Positions 27,870 through 41,976 of a DNA stretch of 64,000 nt are shown piece by piece. Both the position numbers and the translations under genes were made by a program. The notes beneath the pieces are model-generated. The model did no database searches. It saw only the letters and a list, made by a program, of their open reading frames with translations, and was not told the DNA's origin. The stretch's first letter is position 1. Every line of letters begins with the position of its first letter. The stretch is from NCBI RefSeq assembly GCF_004010195.1, contig NC_057718.1:50236450-50300449 (forward strand), read 5' to 3'. Source of the stretch: Chiloscyllium plagiosum (Eukaryota).

Positions 27870-28480
27870 GCCACTCCTGAACTGTTATCAACTCCATTTG
27901 AAATACTCCCATATGTCTGATGTGGATTTACCCTCAAACAACTGCCTCCAATCAATATTCTTCACTTCCTGCCTAATATTGTTGTAAGTTATCTTCCCCC
28001 AATTTAACACCTTCATCCAAGCATTGCTGTTATCCCTATCCAGAGAACTATGGTCACTACTTCCAAAATGCGCCCACACTGAATCTTCGCTCGTCTGGCC
28101 AGGCCCATTTCCAAAGACGAAGTCCAGTATAACCCCTTCCCTGGTTGGACTGTTCACATACTGTGTCAAAAAACCCTCCTGGATGGACCTTACAAATTTT
28201 GCCTCATCCAAGCACCTAGCATGTAGTCAGTCCCAGTCAATATAGAGGAAGTTAAAATCACCCATCACAACAACGCTGCTGTTGTTACATCTTTCCAAAA
28301 TTTGTCTAAATATTCTCTCCTCTATCTCCCACTGGCTGTTGGGAAGCCTGTAGTATATCCCCAGCTTTGTGATTTCACCTTCCTTATTCCTGAGTTCTAC
28401 CCATATTGCCTTGAATCATGTTGTATCCACCCTCAGTACAGCTGTGAGATACTTCCTTACCAGTAATGCAACTCCCCAAC
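27870..28480 (-). mobile_element. CR1 endonuclease (APE) fragment
   Basis: FLTQYVNSPTREGVILDFVFGN...FGSSDHSS; GDFN-like codons upstream. Confidence 0.85.
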
Positions 28481-29139
28481 TTCCCTTTCAACTTATTGGG
28501 GTTATTTTTATAAATCAAACCTCTTTCATCTTCTTGTGCCCTTTCGTTCCCTGTCGAATTTTAGGGATTTTTAAAAACCATTTGCTGATTCCCTCAGTTT
28601 CCCAGTCTCTGTTGACTGCTCTGGACCCTCAGGACAAAAGACCTAAAACCTACTAAGTCATTATGCAATGATAGGTTGAACTCCTGCAATGGTTTGCCTA
28701 TCACTGCTAATTCATTTTGCATATAAATTTAATTAAGGATACCTTTAAAGTATTTGTGAGTAAGGCCTTTCATCAATACTGTGATCATTGTTGTGCATTC
28801 AAGTTGCATTTCTTCAACTTTTAACATTTGTAGTTATTGGAGATTCCAGTGTCCTTGAGGATGGTTATGAATTTTTCTCATGCCTGGGATACAAAGGTGT
28901 TATTTCTCCTTTGTTCAATAAGTCCTGGTTGGCTTCCTGGTTTCACCCTGCTACACCTAGCATAGTTTCACTTGCTCTCATGGTTACAACACTGCCTTGA
29001 TTGCAGGTCCTTCTATTTGTTATCGGATCCCTGTCTACGTTGAGTGAGGGATCTATGAAGAAATTTGCAGTCACCTGCTGGGATGGCTGCTTCTCCGGTT
29101 TTTGAAACACTTTGTCACTTTACAAAGCTGTACAGGAGG

Positions 29140-29347
29140 TAGAAAGTGATGACTGCAGATGCTGGAGATCAGAGTCGAAGAGTGTGGGTGCTGGAAAAGC
29201 ACAGCAGTTCAGGCAGCAATTGATGTTTTGGGCATAGACCATTCATGAGGAAAGGTCTCCTGATGCAAGCCTTATGCCCGAAATGTCGATTCTCCTGCTC
29301 CTCAGATGCTGCCTGGCCTGCTGTACTTTTCCAGCACCACACTCTCA
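29140..29347. mobile_element. Palindromic PLE-tail insertion
   Basis: Inverted arms; 16-bp TSD aaagct(g/a)tacaggagg at 29124-29139 and 29348-29363. Confidence 0.88.
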
Positions 29348-30346
29348 AAAGCTATACAGGAGGCAGTTTTTGAACTGGCCTAATATTACTTCTCTCAACA
29401 CTTTTGTAATTGTGGTTAATTTTGTATGATCATTCCTGATAGTTTAATGAGAGTTGCTGAACGTTATGAATTCATGAAAAGCTAGAACAAACTTTTCTGC
29501 AGAAGCTGCTAAATCTCTTGTGGTATGATTCTGAACCAACGTTAATCATTAATGTAAAAAAGTTTGATCGTTCATAGTTTAGAATTAGACTTAGAATATC
29601 CTTCATTGTCAAATGTACTCAAGTGAGTCTGACTGCCTGCACTAGACCCCAATCCAATAACCATTCTGCTCTGCTCCAAACCTCCAGGGTGCTTCACACT
29701 GGTTCTCAGCTGCTCCAAGATAAGTTTTCACTGGGACTTGCTCCCTGTGCCGGCCTCTACCTGGGATTCACTCCCAGTTTGAGGAGCTCTCTTCAGGCAA
29801 TGTGGAGTAAATTTCATGGGTTCTTCCTGTAAGGTGACCCTGTATTAGGTGAATTCAAATTTCTTCAGGCCACTTTAACTCATCTGCAATTTCTCAAAGG
29901 ATATGAAGAAGTCATCTTCTTCAAATTTGGGTACAAACTGAGAAGAGTATAAAATAAAACCAAAACTTGTGTTTGGAGTAGTACTTCACCCATGTTCATT
30001 CAAATAGTAACTTTCTAGAGACTTGAGATAGTTCTGAGTTCATGCAGAAATTGTAAAAGTCACTTGACACTCAATAGACATGCAAACAGGCTTTGAATGT
30101 TTGATTTCAATATTTTTTTTAAAAGGCAGTTCCAGAAAACCCTGTAATGAATACAGTTCATGCCTAAGTTATGAATTTGATACATCTTTACTGGGCATGA
30201 CAAAATCTTTTCATAAACACTGCATATTTACAACAAGTGAAGTGCTTTTCCTGAAGTACAGTTACTACTGAAATATAGGAAACACAGAAATTGATTTGTG
30301 CACAGCAAGCTTCCACAAAACAGTATTATGAAAATCTTTTTTTTAA

Positions 30347-30664
30347 GATTAGATTGCCTACAGTATGGAAACAGACCATTCGGCCCAACAAGTCCACACC
30401 GACCCTCCAAAGAGTAATTCACCCAGACCCATTCCCCTACATTTACTCCTGACTAATGTACCTAACACTATGGGCAATTTAGCATGGTCAATTCACCTGA
30501 CCTGCACACTTTTGGATTGTGGGAGGAAACTGGAGCACCCAGAGGAAACCAGACACGGGGAGAATGTGCAAAATCCACACAGACAGTCTCCCAAGGCTGG
30601 AATCGAGCTCAGGTCCCTGGCGCTGTGAGGTAGCAGTGCTAGCCACTGAGCCACTATGCCACCC
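30347..30664 (-). mobile_element. HE1-type SINE
   Basis: Full-length match to the 23216 copy. Confidence 0.92.
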
Positions 30665-31862
30665 CTTTTGTTTCAGAGATGTTGATTGGGAATATGTATT
30701 CATATAAAGGGTAATGCTCTTCTTTGAGATAGTGCTTTTGAACCTTTTATGATCACTATAAACAGCGGGTAGGGTCTCAATTTGACATTTCATCCAAAAT
30801 ATAGCAGTTCTGACAATACAGCACACCAACATTGCTGCAATATATTGTCACCCTTAATTTTTATGCTGAGCTTGAAACCAGAACCTTCTGACTCAGTGTT
30901 GGGAGTGCTGACTACTGTGCATTTAAGATAACAAAATTTAATGAATAACTCTAAGTATGTGCAGAAAATGGAGTGAGAGGTTATGAAATAAGAAAAAAAG
31001 AGAAAAATTGATTTGCATTTATAAAGCACCACTGACAACCTCAGGATGTACCAAAGGGCATTACAGCAACTGATACATTCTGTAAGTAAAACCGTTGCTG
31101 TAATAAGGTAGAAAATTGAGAGATGGGCAGCTGATAAAACTGGACAGAAAGCAAGGTGTCTTTTGGCTGTGGTTGATATCATCAGGGATGAGAAGTCATT
31201 AGTACAGATTGAAGGAAAAATATCCAAAGAATATCTTAGTGAGAAATTAGACATCCCTGTGACTCCACAGTATTCATCTCAAAAATGGGGCTCATTGTGC
31301 CTACTCTGAAGCTGTGCACAAGGAGATTCAGTCATACCTCAATTTATTTTTGAAGTACTGTTCAAATTACAATCCAGCAAATCACGTTCTTGGCAGCAGC
31401 GGCTACACCTTGAATGATTACTGGTAGCGACAGTGAGCAGCTTTGGATTTCATCAGTCACTAATTATTCCCTGTCTCCCCTCTGCAGAACTGATTCCTCT
31501 ACTGTAGAAAATGGCAACTGGAGAAGACTTAAATAATTAGAGAAATTGCTTATCTATAGCAATGTAATAAGTTGAATGTCACCTCCTCATAATCTACTGA
31601 TCTTAATAGAAGCAATTGTCACTAACCCTGTTTTATTTTCAACCATGCCCCTTCATTATTGACTTCTCACCCATGTAGACTGTTATTCAAAAGATCTGTT
31701 CAATCATCATGAGGGATCACTTGGTGATGCTTGACAAATTAGCAGCATTCAACTGCAACAGAACAGGACTGCACCATTAAAGGTTACTTTCTTTGCTAGA
31801 GGTCCATCTTCATTGATTAACAACTTTGGACAGTAACCAGTGACTAATAGTCAAGAGTGAGT

Positions 31863-31868
31863 TTTATT
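31863..31868 (-). terminator. Candidate polyadenylation signal AATAAA of the minus-strand gene
   Basis: tttatt on + about 150 nt past the stop codon. Confidence 0.4.
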
Positions 31869-32016
31869 AATGGTTCATTCGTTCTCTCCCCTTGCTCATT
31901 CTTATTGATGGCACTGTCAGAGATATTAATCTCATCGTAGATAGCAGTGCTATGTTAGGTAGTTTAACCTTTCCAAGCTATATATAGAAATATATTCTTC
32001 AGATAAAAATCAATGA

Positions 32017-32240
32017 CTACACCACATTGGCAAGCCACTGCTCAATGAAAAGTTGTAACTGCTTATCAATTGGTTCTGTGACTTGCCTAGCTTCTCTGTG
32101 CAACTTGAAAAACTCCGCAAAATTAAATTTCAGCATATTACTGTCAACAGAGAGGTGCCTTGCAGTAAATGGAATCAAATTGTACTGAAGCAAACTTAAC
32201 AGACACTCAGATCCTTTAAAAAAGTGTTGTAGCACAACAC
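32017..32240 (-). CDS. Terminal coding exon of an unidentified minus-strand gene ((S)VVLQHFFKGSECLLSLLQYNLIPF...FIEQWLANVV*)
   Basis: Acceptor tgttgtttttcag; phase-1 start; 74 codons ending in TAG; TE-free; AATAAA on the minus strand at 31863-31868. Confidence 0.8.
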
Positions 32241-32564
32241 CTGAAAAACAACATCATTAAATAGAAATTGTCATCCTTTATGATTTTCTGTCAAAACGTT
32301 CCCAGCAATAAATAATAATGGATGTAACATTGAAATATTAGGAAATAAATTTCTAAAACAAAGAATAAATGTTGGAAACAATTTGTCAGCTCATATAGGT
32401 ACAAAGCTAATTCCCACTATCAAAGCTTCCTTGAGAAATATTTTTCAATACAATTGGAAATTATTTCTTAGTATTTTCCTTCAAATTTGTTTGTCAATTA
32501 GAGTTTATTTTCTTCCAAATTTAAACAAATTAATTTGTTTAAATACCATCTTGCAGAAACATAC

Positions 32565-32692
32565 TGTTAAAGCTGAGATACATTTCACACAAACAATCAA
32601 GGTCACAGACTTCCTTTAGCATACACATTATTTGGAATAATTGTACAAGGCTGATGTACTCTCCATCAGCTGCAAAGGTTGACATTAGGAGA
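32565..32692 (-). CDS. Internal exon (LLMSTFAADGEYISLVQLFQIMCMLKEVCDLDCLCEMYLSFN)
   Basis: Acceptor ttttctttaagtcag, donor ACA|gtatgt; 128 nt, phase 2 to 1, matches both neighbouring exons. Confidence 0.72.
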
Positions 32693-33228
32693 CTGACTTA
32701 AAGAAAACCCATTCCTCAGCGATAACATATTGTCAATGGTCCAAATGAGCAGAGGGTGACATATCCATTCCCTTCAGTGCGAGGAAATCTCACCATCAAG
32801 AGCCACTGTAAATCTGATTGGTGGGCAACCATAGCAGGTCCCAATAGCACCATAGCTGAGTGCTGAGTGCTGCTGCGACTGCCAGCAGGTCTCGAGATGA
32901 AGGCAGTCATAATACCTGGATGTAAATATATCTGGGGTGTTAACTGGAGAGCTGAGCGAAGCCAGCAAGGGAGTTGGGATGTGTTTTGGAAGACGTGTGG
33001 AAGAACAAAGCGGGGTCAATCTTCAGGAATCAGCAGAAGAATCCCCCTGTTGAATTTCCTTCACTTCATTCCCAGTTTTGCCACAGTTTTGTTTCAAACG
33101 TCTTCCCACTAAAATGTAGATTCTAAGCCAGTATGTGGAATTTTTTTTACCCATTATCAAACTAATAAATGAAGTGGAGGTGGATACATGAAGAGGGGAA
33201 AGAAAAGATTACTCACAAAAAGAAAAAC

Positions 33229-33436
33229 GTTAAATATCACACAACACCAGGTTATAGTCCAACAGGTTTAATTGGAAGCACCAGCTTTCAGTGCGCTGCT
33301 CCTTCATCAGGTGGTTGTCGATGAAGGAGCGGCACTCCGAAAGTTAGTGCTTCCAATTAAACCTGTTGGACTATAAATTGGTGTTGTGTGATTCTTAACT
33401 TTGTCCAACCCAGTCCAAAACTGGCATCTCCAAATC
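33229..33436. mobile_element. Palindromic PLE-tail insertion, second family (GAAAGCTAG hammerhead)
   Basis: Arms cacacaacaccaggttatagtccaacaggttta / taaacctgttggactataaattggtgttgtgtg; hammerhead cores on both strands at 33283-33348; TSD only approximate (A-rich). Confidence 0.85.
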
Positions 33437-33934
33437 AAAAGGAGAAAAAAACCTTGTTTCCATTCAAAAATGTTAAATCTCCAACACAGATTTAAACCTC
33501 TAGGAATGAAATTCTGAATTTGTAATGGTTAATACTCAGTGCTGCTTAAAAATATCTTCAATTTAATGCACAATTCAAAATTTGCTTATGCATAAATTGT
33601 CAAGTTCTAATAATGCCTTGCATGTTTAATAGGTATCTTTCATATAAATGCAGCAACCTTATATGTTCCATGTACTTCAATGCCAAGCTTCTGAGAGAAG
33701 TAGCAACTTTTGGAATGGGACAGGTAACACAGAGCCTACCAGCTTTCCTTATTTAACAATGCACATGTGATCACAAGATGTTGTTGCGTGATTCTCACAA
33801 TAAAAGGAATAGCTGCAGAAAAAGGAATGAGTGTAGTTGCAAGGTATGTTGTCTGAGCAGTGCTGTGCAGAAGAAACTTGGAAAGGTCAGAGTATGGGGC
33901 TTGGCACCTGAAAATATTACACCACAGAGCTTCC

Positions 33935-34060
33935 TGTCCTTCTGAGATCACTGAATCTCATGAAGCATTGTGTCCAGGCTTGAAGGAATCATAACCCAGC
34001 TGCTCACTTTCTTGGTTACTTCCAGCAATGCCTTCTTGGTTTTTGATACTCACCTTATCC
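33935..34060 (-). pseudogene. Harbinger-type Myb/SANT ORF remnant
   Basis: KTKKALLEVTKKVSS...WTQCFMRFSDLRR (frameshifted). Confidence 0.6.
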
Positions 34061-34307
34061 TCCCAACAATGGGAATGAGTTAGGGTTGTCAACTGTTGCA
34101 GAATGTCGAGGAGTCCCTTAGAATCGGTCTCAAATGAAACATTCTCAAGAGTTTGTCAGTTCAAGACAACAGCGACCAGGACTATGCCAGCCAATCATAG
34201 CCCATTTCTGTATCATCTAGCCCTCTAGATGACTAAGAATGATTGCTGCATAGTGGCAGCTCATAATTGTTTACCACCTAACCTTCTCTATATCAGAGAG
34301 TGACGGA

Positions 34308-34437
34308 GAGAACGTGAGATCTGCAGATGCTGGAAATCAGAGTTGAAAAGTGTGGCATTGGAAAAGCACGGCTGGTCAGGCAGCATCCGAGGAGTAAGAA
34401 AGTCGACATTTCAGGCATAAGCCCTTCATCAGGAATG
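34308..34437 (-). mobile_element. PLE tail with hammerhead core
   Basis: Reverse complement attcCTGATGAagggcttatgcctGAAATgtcga. Confidence 0.85.
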
Positions 34438-34983
34438 TGATGGATGATCAGAGTGTGGCTGTCAGCCAATCACAAATGGTGGTCAAATAACAATTGAATT
34501 TCCTTATGTCAGGAATCTATTCCTCACCCACAGGAATACCTACACAGGTTCAGTGTAGGCAAAGGCGTCTTAATGAAAACATCTAAACAGCTTACAGAAC
34601 ATGTGATCAGTACTCCAATAACTTCAGGTGATGGAAGGAAAGGGTGCTGATTCTTAGCCAAGGTTAGACTCTGGCTAAGACTGTCCAGAAGCTGGTATAG
34701 TAATTAATTAGTGTTATCAATGTTATTAATTTGCCTAAATTTCAGCAGGCAGGTTTTGGTGCTCTGTGGATTCCTATCTTCTATAAGCAATTGACAGAGG
34801 AAGCAATTATTCAGGGCTAATAGTGAAATTTAGTGAAAGCAGGTTCATTCCCGATCACTCAATGTCATACAGAATTATTAGGCTCAACAACGCTATGCTA
34901 GTTATATTCCCTTTCTCCTTTATCTCAGCTTTAAACATTCCATATATTTTTCTACACTCTTTTCTCTAGTTACATGCACTCAC

Positions 34984-35270
34984 ATGATGACACTGGCTTT
35001 CTGTAATGCCACTAAAACAAATCGGCATCTCCCAGAATTTAATTTCAGTTCCTGTGAAGGACCTGAAGATAAAAATAAGAGACCCAGAGACAACCCTTCC
35101 CTCAACTCCTTTTTGATCCTGTGATTACTAAAGCCTCTGGAAATAATATAGAATTCACAGAATCTGACTTTTGTTGAGATCCTTTCAATGAGAAATTCTT
35201 CCAAATAAAGCATGGTGGTCATTATCATGACCACACTCTGTGATTGACTAGTAGGTCTGCAACAAGGAAT
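34984..35270 (-). CDS. Internal exon (IPCCRPTSQSQSVVMIMTTMLYLEEFLIER...RCRFVLVALQKASVI)
   Basis: Acceptor ttctgtgtctccttaactcag, donor AT|gtgagt; 287 nt open (within ORF 34980..35327), phase 0 to 2. Confidence 0.72.
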
Positions 35271-36837
35271 CTGAGTTAAGGAGACACAGAAAGGGCTGCT
35301 GGAGAACAAATAGATACCTAATTGCATCCTGTGCCCTCATTTACTATATTAATAAGTTTTGGCCCATTATGCTTGTTGTGTTAGTGAATTCAGTGGGTTG
35401 AGCAATGCAAACAGTGAGAGAAGGAACTAATTTAAGTTTGGCAAAAAAATGTAACAACAGAAGAGTTTCAGATATAGTGGAGTTAATATTAAGCCCCATG
35501 ATAGGAGAGAGAGCTCCAAAATGGAGTTAGCAATTACTAATCAAGAACACAACCGAAATCATTGCATGTGGTGATTCCATTAACTTCTCGCCGGTGAGTT
35601 GCAATGTTTGTATGCTCCCAATCTTTGGGAGGAAGATTACTTCACCACCATGTTTGAATTGATTGAAATTTACTGCTCAAATCTTTCCGAGCTTGATAAA
35701 CCCAATAGTGGAACAGAGCGAGGTGGTCAGTTCCAGCAGGTTAGTGTTTTCCAAAGCATTCTTGGTGAACAAGGGAGGAGCAAGAGTATTTCATCCTGTT
35801 AATTTCATCTTCTCCCCTGTGCTGTGATTAATGAATACTCTGATCTTTCCCTCATTCCATCCAAATTATCAGCCTCATTTTAGCTCCTACCAAGCCCTGA
35901 ATGCTGCCATTATCATTCTTCTGCTGTTAGCTTTCCCTGCTGAACTTGAAGAATACAATGATAATAAGATTCTATTATTAAATTCAACTAATGCTAACTC
36001 ATAACAGCAATTATTTGTTTGGGAGTAGAAGGGGCCTTATGTCCATTTCAAATGTCATTGGGATTTCTGTGCATCCACCTGTATTGTGATCTCTACATCC
36101 TCCACATCTTGCCAAAAATGCCAGGGCTAAGGCCGGGAAATATTACAATTCGGCTTGAAATACTAGGCACAAAATGTGATCCGAGTTCATTGTCCTAATT
36201 TTTTGGTACATTTTTAAAAATAAACATTTTCTTAACCGGTACAGAAAACACAGAATTTTCAGAACACCTTGTGTTCAGTCTAACTCGATTTTGTAATATT
36301 TTACAGTGTTCCAAAAAACACTAGCCTCGAAGCCAGCTCTTTCCCCAAGATTGGACATCTCCAGAATGAATTAATCACTATGGGGATTTTCCAAAACTTG
36401 CATTTGTTTTCAAGCTTTCAGAGAGGATTTAAAAATTAAATTGGCTCTTTACAGTACAATGAGCACCTTAAGTGTGATTTAAAGCATTTTTCTTATTGAT
36501 TAACAAGCTGATTGTTGTACTTCAGTAGTTTGATATATCTCTTTTAAAGGGAATTTCAGTCATTCATAAACAGGTTAGTCAGAGATGATCAAATGACCCT
36601 GATTTCTATTTTCATGAAAATTCACTTAATCACCACTTCTAAATGCATGAATGATTTTTTTTGTTCTGATTCATGGCAGCTTTTATGTTTGCAAGTGACA
36701 TGGAAATGAATTTGAGATGCAACTAAGGGAAGGTTGGCTGAAAACATTTTTCAAAACATTTTGATTTCCGTTTGCAATTGCTTCATTTTTTTGGGCTGAA
36801 ACAAAAACTGCATCCACTCATAGTTTCATCTTTACAG

Positions 36838-37125
36838 AGATTAAATTTGCAACAATGTGGAAACAGGCCCTTCAGCCCAACTAGTCCCTCTGAAGAGTAA
36901 CCCACCCTGACCCATTTCCCTCTAATTAACTGACCTAACACTATGGGGCAATTTAGCATGGCCAATTCACCTGACCTGAGCATCTTTGGACTGTGGGAGG
37001 AAACCCACACAGACACAGGGAGAATTTGCAAACTCTACACAGACAGTCACCTGAGGCTGGAATCAAACCTGGAACCATGGCGCTGTGAGGCAGTAGTGCT
37101 AACCACTGAGCCACTGTGCCGCCCA
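36838..37125 (-). mobile_element. HE1-type SINE
   Basis: Head and core match, with small deletions. Confidence 0.9.
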
Positions 37126-37454
37126 TCAGTAATTATTTTTAAAAGACTGAGAGATACAAATGAAACGCCAAACAGAGTACTCTCGACTTTCTGATTCTTT
37201 TGGCAAAATATGTCATGGCCCAGACTGATATTTCTCACAAATCACCAACTTTTTGACTCTCTAATAATGCAACTGACCTCTTCAGCATCCGGCTCACACA
37301 CTTGCATGGAGTGAGTGACAGAAGTGTTCGTCACTTCCGGGAATTTACAACATTCATCCTGCTGGTGCTATATTTAAAACTCAGCTGCACAGCACTTCAG
37401 ATGCTGAAGACCAGGAAATGGCTATCCACTCTGGTACTTAACCATTACTGCTAT

Positions 37455-37640
37455 CCACAAGGGAAAACGTGGACCCTGTTTTATCAGACAGGGACCTGGA
37501 GGTCTGTGTGGCTGGGATGGTAGAGAAGAGGAGCATCCTCTATCGTGCAGTCTGGCAATGCAAGCTACACTACCAGATCCAGTCAACCTGGAATCAGAAA
37601 GCAGCGTAGATCAATGCCACTCTCAGACAAACTAGTGCAA
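37455..37640 (+). pseudogene. Harbinger-type Myb/SANT ORF remnant
   Basis: GKRGPCF...DRDLEVCVAGMVEKRSILY...QSTWNQKAA* (frameshifted). Confidence 0.65.
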
Positions 37641-38187
37641 AAAGAATATTTTCTGTATTCCTCAAGCATAAAGTGCCATTTACTCTAACTCTGCCCCAGC
37701 ACGGTAAGATCACCAAGGTTAATGATCTAAATCTCTGATTATTGCATGCAGCATATTTACTTAATAGTTCTCAGCACTTTGCCTTCACAAACTACTAACT
37801 TCTTCTGCCCTGTGCACTTCCTATTCCATTCTGATTGAACGTGTTGAGAGTATGTTTGGGACTGAATTGTGACAGCAGCCCAGAGAGAGCACAGTCCAGA
37901 CTCCAGGCGAATGTCCCCACAACTCCTGACTGATGCATCCCTTTAATCCTTCGGCTGTTAGGAGTTGACATACAGGACTGACTGTGACCCAATTTCTGGA
38001 CAATAAAGACAATGATCCCTGGATAGTGGTAGGAACAGAAAATGGCAGATCATGGCTCTAACTGTGCTGAATTTTTTTAAAGCCACTTGATAACCTGTGG
38101 TGACACCCTTTACTAACCATACGCCCATTAGGACTGTTAAGAGCTGGTCCTCTTTGACTTTCAGACATGATCATGTTGTTGAAGCAC

Positions 38188-38914
38188 ATAGAGTCACAGA
38201 GTCATAGAGATGTACAGCATGGAAACAGACCCTTCAGTCCAACCTGTCCATGCCAACCAGACGTACCAACCCAATCTAGTCCCACCTGACAGCACCCGGT
38301 CCATATCCCACCAAACCCTTCCTCTTCATATACCCATCCAAATGCCTCTTAAATGTTGCAATTGTACCAGCCTCCACCACATCCTCTGTCATTCCATACA
38401 CGTACCACCCTCTGCGTGAACATGTTGCCCCTTAGGTCTCTTTTATATCTTTCCCCTCTCACCCTAAACCTATGCCCTCTAGTTCTGGACTCCCCAACCC
38501 CAGGGAAAAGATTTTGTCTATTTATCCTATCCATGCCCCTCATAATATTGTAAACCTCTATAAGCTCACCCCTCAGCCTCCAAAGCTCCAGGGAAAATAG
38601 CCCCAGCTTGTTTAGCCTCTCCTTGTAGCTCAGATCTTCCAACCCTGGCAATATCCTTGTAAATCTTTTCTGAACCCTTTCAAGTTTCACAACATCTTTC
38701 CAATAGGAATGAGACGAGAATTGCATGTAATACTCCAACAGTGGCCTAACCAATGTCCTGTGCAGCCGCAACATGACCTCCCAACTCCTGTATTCAATAC
38801 TCTGACCACTATCCTATCTACACTATCTTCGCTATCCTATCTACCTGCGACTCCACTTTCACGGAGCTATGAACCTGCACTCCAAGGTCTCTTTGTTCAT
38901 CAACACTCCCTAGG
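38188..38914 (-). mobile_element. CR1 3' fragment
   Basis: ORF 38349..38774 [33 protein letters not shown]. Confidence 0.93.
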
Positions 38915-39399
38915 ACATTGTGGTCAAGTGAACACAGATCAAATTTTAGACATTCAAAATTGGCTCACAACCAGAAATATCAGGCCTGACAGAAAATCAG
39001 CTAAATTTTCCATTAAAGTAAACCATTGCCAGCAGCTATCAGCTACGGAGAAGAATAGAAACCAATATCAAACAGATTACAAAGTTTCAACGGGAAACAG
39101 CTACAACTAGCCTGAGGGCATTGGAGAAGACTTGATCAGATATTCTGGCATCTTGACTGCCTGAGTATGTGCACTTTTCATTTCCAGGCATAACAACAAA
39201 GAAGAGTATTGGCCCATTGGATGATTTGAATCCGGCTCATAACCTCATTGATCAAAATCCAAAGGACATTTTGGAACACTCCAATGCAAGAGGGAACTTG
39301 TTGATGATTTTGCTAATAATCTGCTCTGATACTGAAATTTGTGGAGTTTCATTCCTTCAGGTTGTAATTGTTAAATTAATTAAATGTTAAATTCTAAAT

Positions 39400-40712
39400 G
39401 TGACACAAACACGGAAATTGCTGGAAAATCTCAGCAGGTCAGGCAGTATCTGTGGAGAGAAATCAGAGTTAACGTTTAAGTTCTAGTGACCCTTCTTCAG
39501 AACTGATAGCAGTTAGGATTTTTTTTTTATGTAGAAGATAGGATGGGGGATGGGAAGAGGTAAATGATAGGTGGAGATAAAGCCCAAAGAGAGAGAAGTT
39601 GAGGGAGAAGTTGGCACCATTAGAACAAAGGCAACACAGGTTGAGGAACTAAGAAAATGGAATAGAGTCTTAACAGCAAATAGTGTGTGAAGAAGCATAG
39701 TCAAGGTCACTGTGGGGTCAGTTTATTTGTAATGGATATTGGTGGTCAGACAATCCGAGGACAGATAGATGAATGGATAATGGTTAGCCTAGGAGATTGA
39801 TTGACTGCTAATTGGGACTATTAGTGGCTAGTAATGGGTAGTGTATAATGACAGACCATGAGACAACAAGGCCTGATGTGTGGGGATTGGGGTCAGGACA
39901 TGAGAGAAGATGACTGAAGCCTTAAATAGATGAACTCAATATTGAATCCGGAAGGCTGTAGAGTTCCCAAGCAGCTGGCACTGAGCTTTGCTGGAGCACT
40001 GCAGCAAGCCTGAGGCAGAGATGCTGGCCAGGGGACAGGGTGGTGCGTTAAAGTGGCAGGCAACTGAAAGCTCAGGGTCATATTTTGCAGACAGAACATT
40101 GGTGTTCTGCAAACTGGTCACCCAGTCTACACTTCATTTTCCCCAGTGTACAGGAGACCACATTGTGAGCAGCGAATGCAATAGACAAGATTGACTGAAG
40201 TGCAGCTAAAGCTCTGCTTCAACTGGAAGTTATATTGGAGCCCTTGGATACTGAGGACAGAGGAAGTAAATGGGCAGATGGTGCACCTTCTGCGATTGCA
40301 GGGGAAGGTACCTTGGGCCTGTGGGTGGGGTGTTGAGAGCGAAGGAGGAGTGGACCAGGTGTCCTGGAGGGAACAGTCTTTGTGGAAGGCTGACAAGGAA
40401 GGGGAGGGGAGTTTGCATCTGGTGCAAGCAGAAACTATAGGTCTGCCTTGGCTGTCCTGTTTGTGGAGTTTGGGAAGGAAGTAGAAGCGAGCTGTGAGAG
40501 GTTGACAGACTATAGGCTTGGAGACAGTGAAATGATGTTAGTGACCGCTGTGGATATGGTAGCCTGGTGTTCCATGGTGGGGTCATGGTCTGGGGGAAAT
40601 ACAAAGAGGTATCTGAGTGCTGATGCTCAGCCTCTGCGATGTAGTGGTCAGTCCACCAGGTAACAACAGCACCATCCTTATCAGCAGGCTTAATTACAAA
40701 GTCAGGTTGCAT
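39400..40712 (-). mobile_element. Neptune-type Penelope-like element, deleted, with hammerhead tail
   Basis: IKPADKDGAVV (RT start); PCNRRRCTICPF Cys linker; NLVYCIRCSQCGLLYTGE GIY-YIG; ctgaaga..aaacgttaac core near 39465-39503. Confidence 0.88.
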
Positions 40713-41555
40713 CTGAGAACATGGGGTGCAGTCAGTTCATTAAGGTGGGACGCAAAGGGATAAAACTGAGATCTTTGCTGAGGACAGAGTGTTCAGCAAC
40801 AAAGAGCAAGAGGTTAGGAGGGATAGTAAACACACAAGAGAAGGGGCTGGGATAGGAGACTGAGTCAGAGGGAAGGGGAGGGAAGAAGGTTCCAGAGACC
40901 GGTGGGTATCTAAATTTGGGAGCTTTCTTCCCTTTCCTATCCTCTCATTTTTATCACTTTCCACGAAATCTCTCTTTACTTTTCTTTCTGTGTTTAATAG
41001 ATATTGAATCCATCCACTCAAATTGACATTTCCTTCTCGTTCTTTAAGTCCATTATCCTCCAATCTGATAGGTCAATAAGACATGCAGTTGCCATCCCTA
41101 TTCCTCCGGTCTCAGGTATCCTATGTCTGTTGTAATGTATTAGTACCAACTCACACTCTCCACAACTGGTAGGATGGGGGAAAGGTGCAAAATATTATAG
41201 CAATTAAATAGGCAATGGCAAATTTAACTGAAAGGAGACATCATTCCTTTCTCTACTGCATCAAATTTTAGCTTTCATCTAAAGTTGCTCTCACTTTTTA
41301 AAAAATTTTCTTACCATCACAACATTTCAAATGAATACAATTTTTGCACAGCAGAACACACCAAGTCAGTCCTGTACAGATTACTATCACATGAATAAAA
41401 TCTAAGAATCTCCATGGTGACTCCCAGTCTGTGGTGATCAATGCATAATGATTATTTACCCACCAACAGCAGCGGAAGTAAATTTTAGATCTTACACTAA
41501 CAAATTATTTCCTATCATTCAAATTTGTTCTGATAATAACATTTTTACTGTCTAC

Positions 41556-41661
41556 CTTCTTGCATAACTGCAATACGTGTCTGGCAGTTGAGTTAAATAT
41601 TGAAATGTACAAGATGTCATAGTGCGCCAATAACTTGTTCTGATGATGACATATATGGTTG
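41556..41661 (-). CDS. Internal exon (NHICHHQNKLLAHYDILYISIFNSTARHVLQLCKK)
   Basis: Acceptor ttgatctttcag, donor AAG|gtagac; 106 nt, phase 2 to 0. Confidence 0.65.
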
Positions 41662-41976
41662 CTGAAAGATCAATCACTGTTCAATGACAGTACCTGTCAG
41701 GTAATACTGTAAGATGTCAACATGAGCTAAATGACTAAAGCAAAATAACCTCTGCAAATACTTCCCCACACTAACAGAAAAATGCAAATTAATTTCAGGC
41801 TGCTAAATACTTCATACCTTCTGGACTTTTATTTTATTTTTAAATTTAAGAAATTCTGATTTTGCACAATGAAACTCTTTATACATTGAAGATTTTTTTT
41901 CTCTGAGTATAGCCTGAGTATAGCACATTAAGCTGACACTCCATAGGGAATGTTGCATGGTCAGAAGTGCCAAGAA

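Noticed and set aside
32180..32600. FNSVVLQHFFKGSECLL recalls the LINS1 Lines_N motif
   Set aside because: Short match from memory only and flanking conserved motifs are absent, so no gene symbol was assigned.
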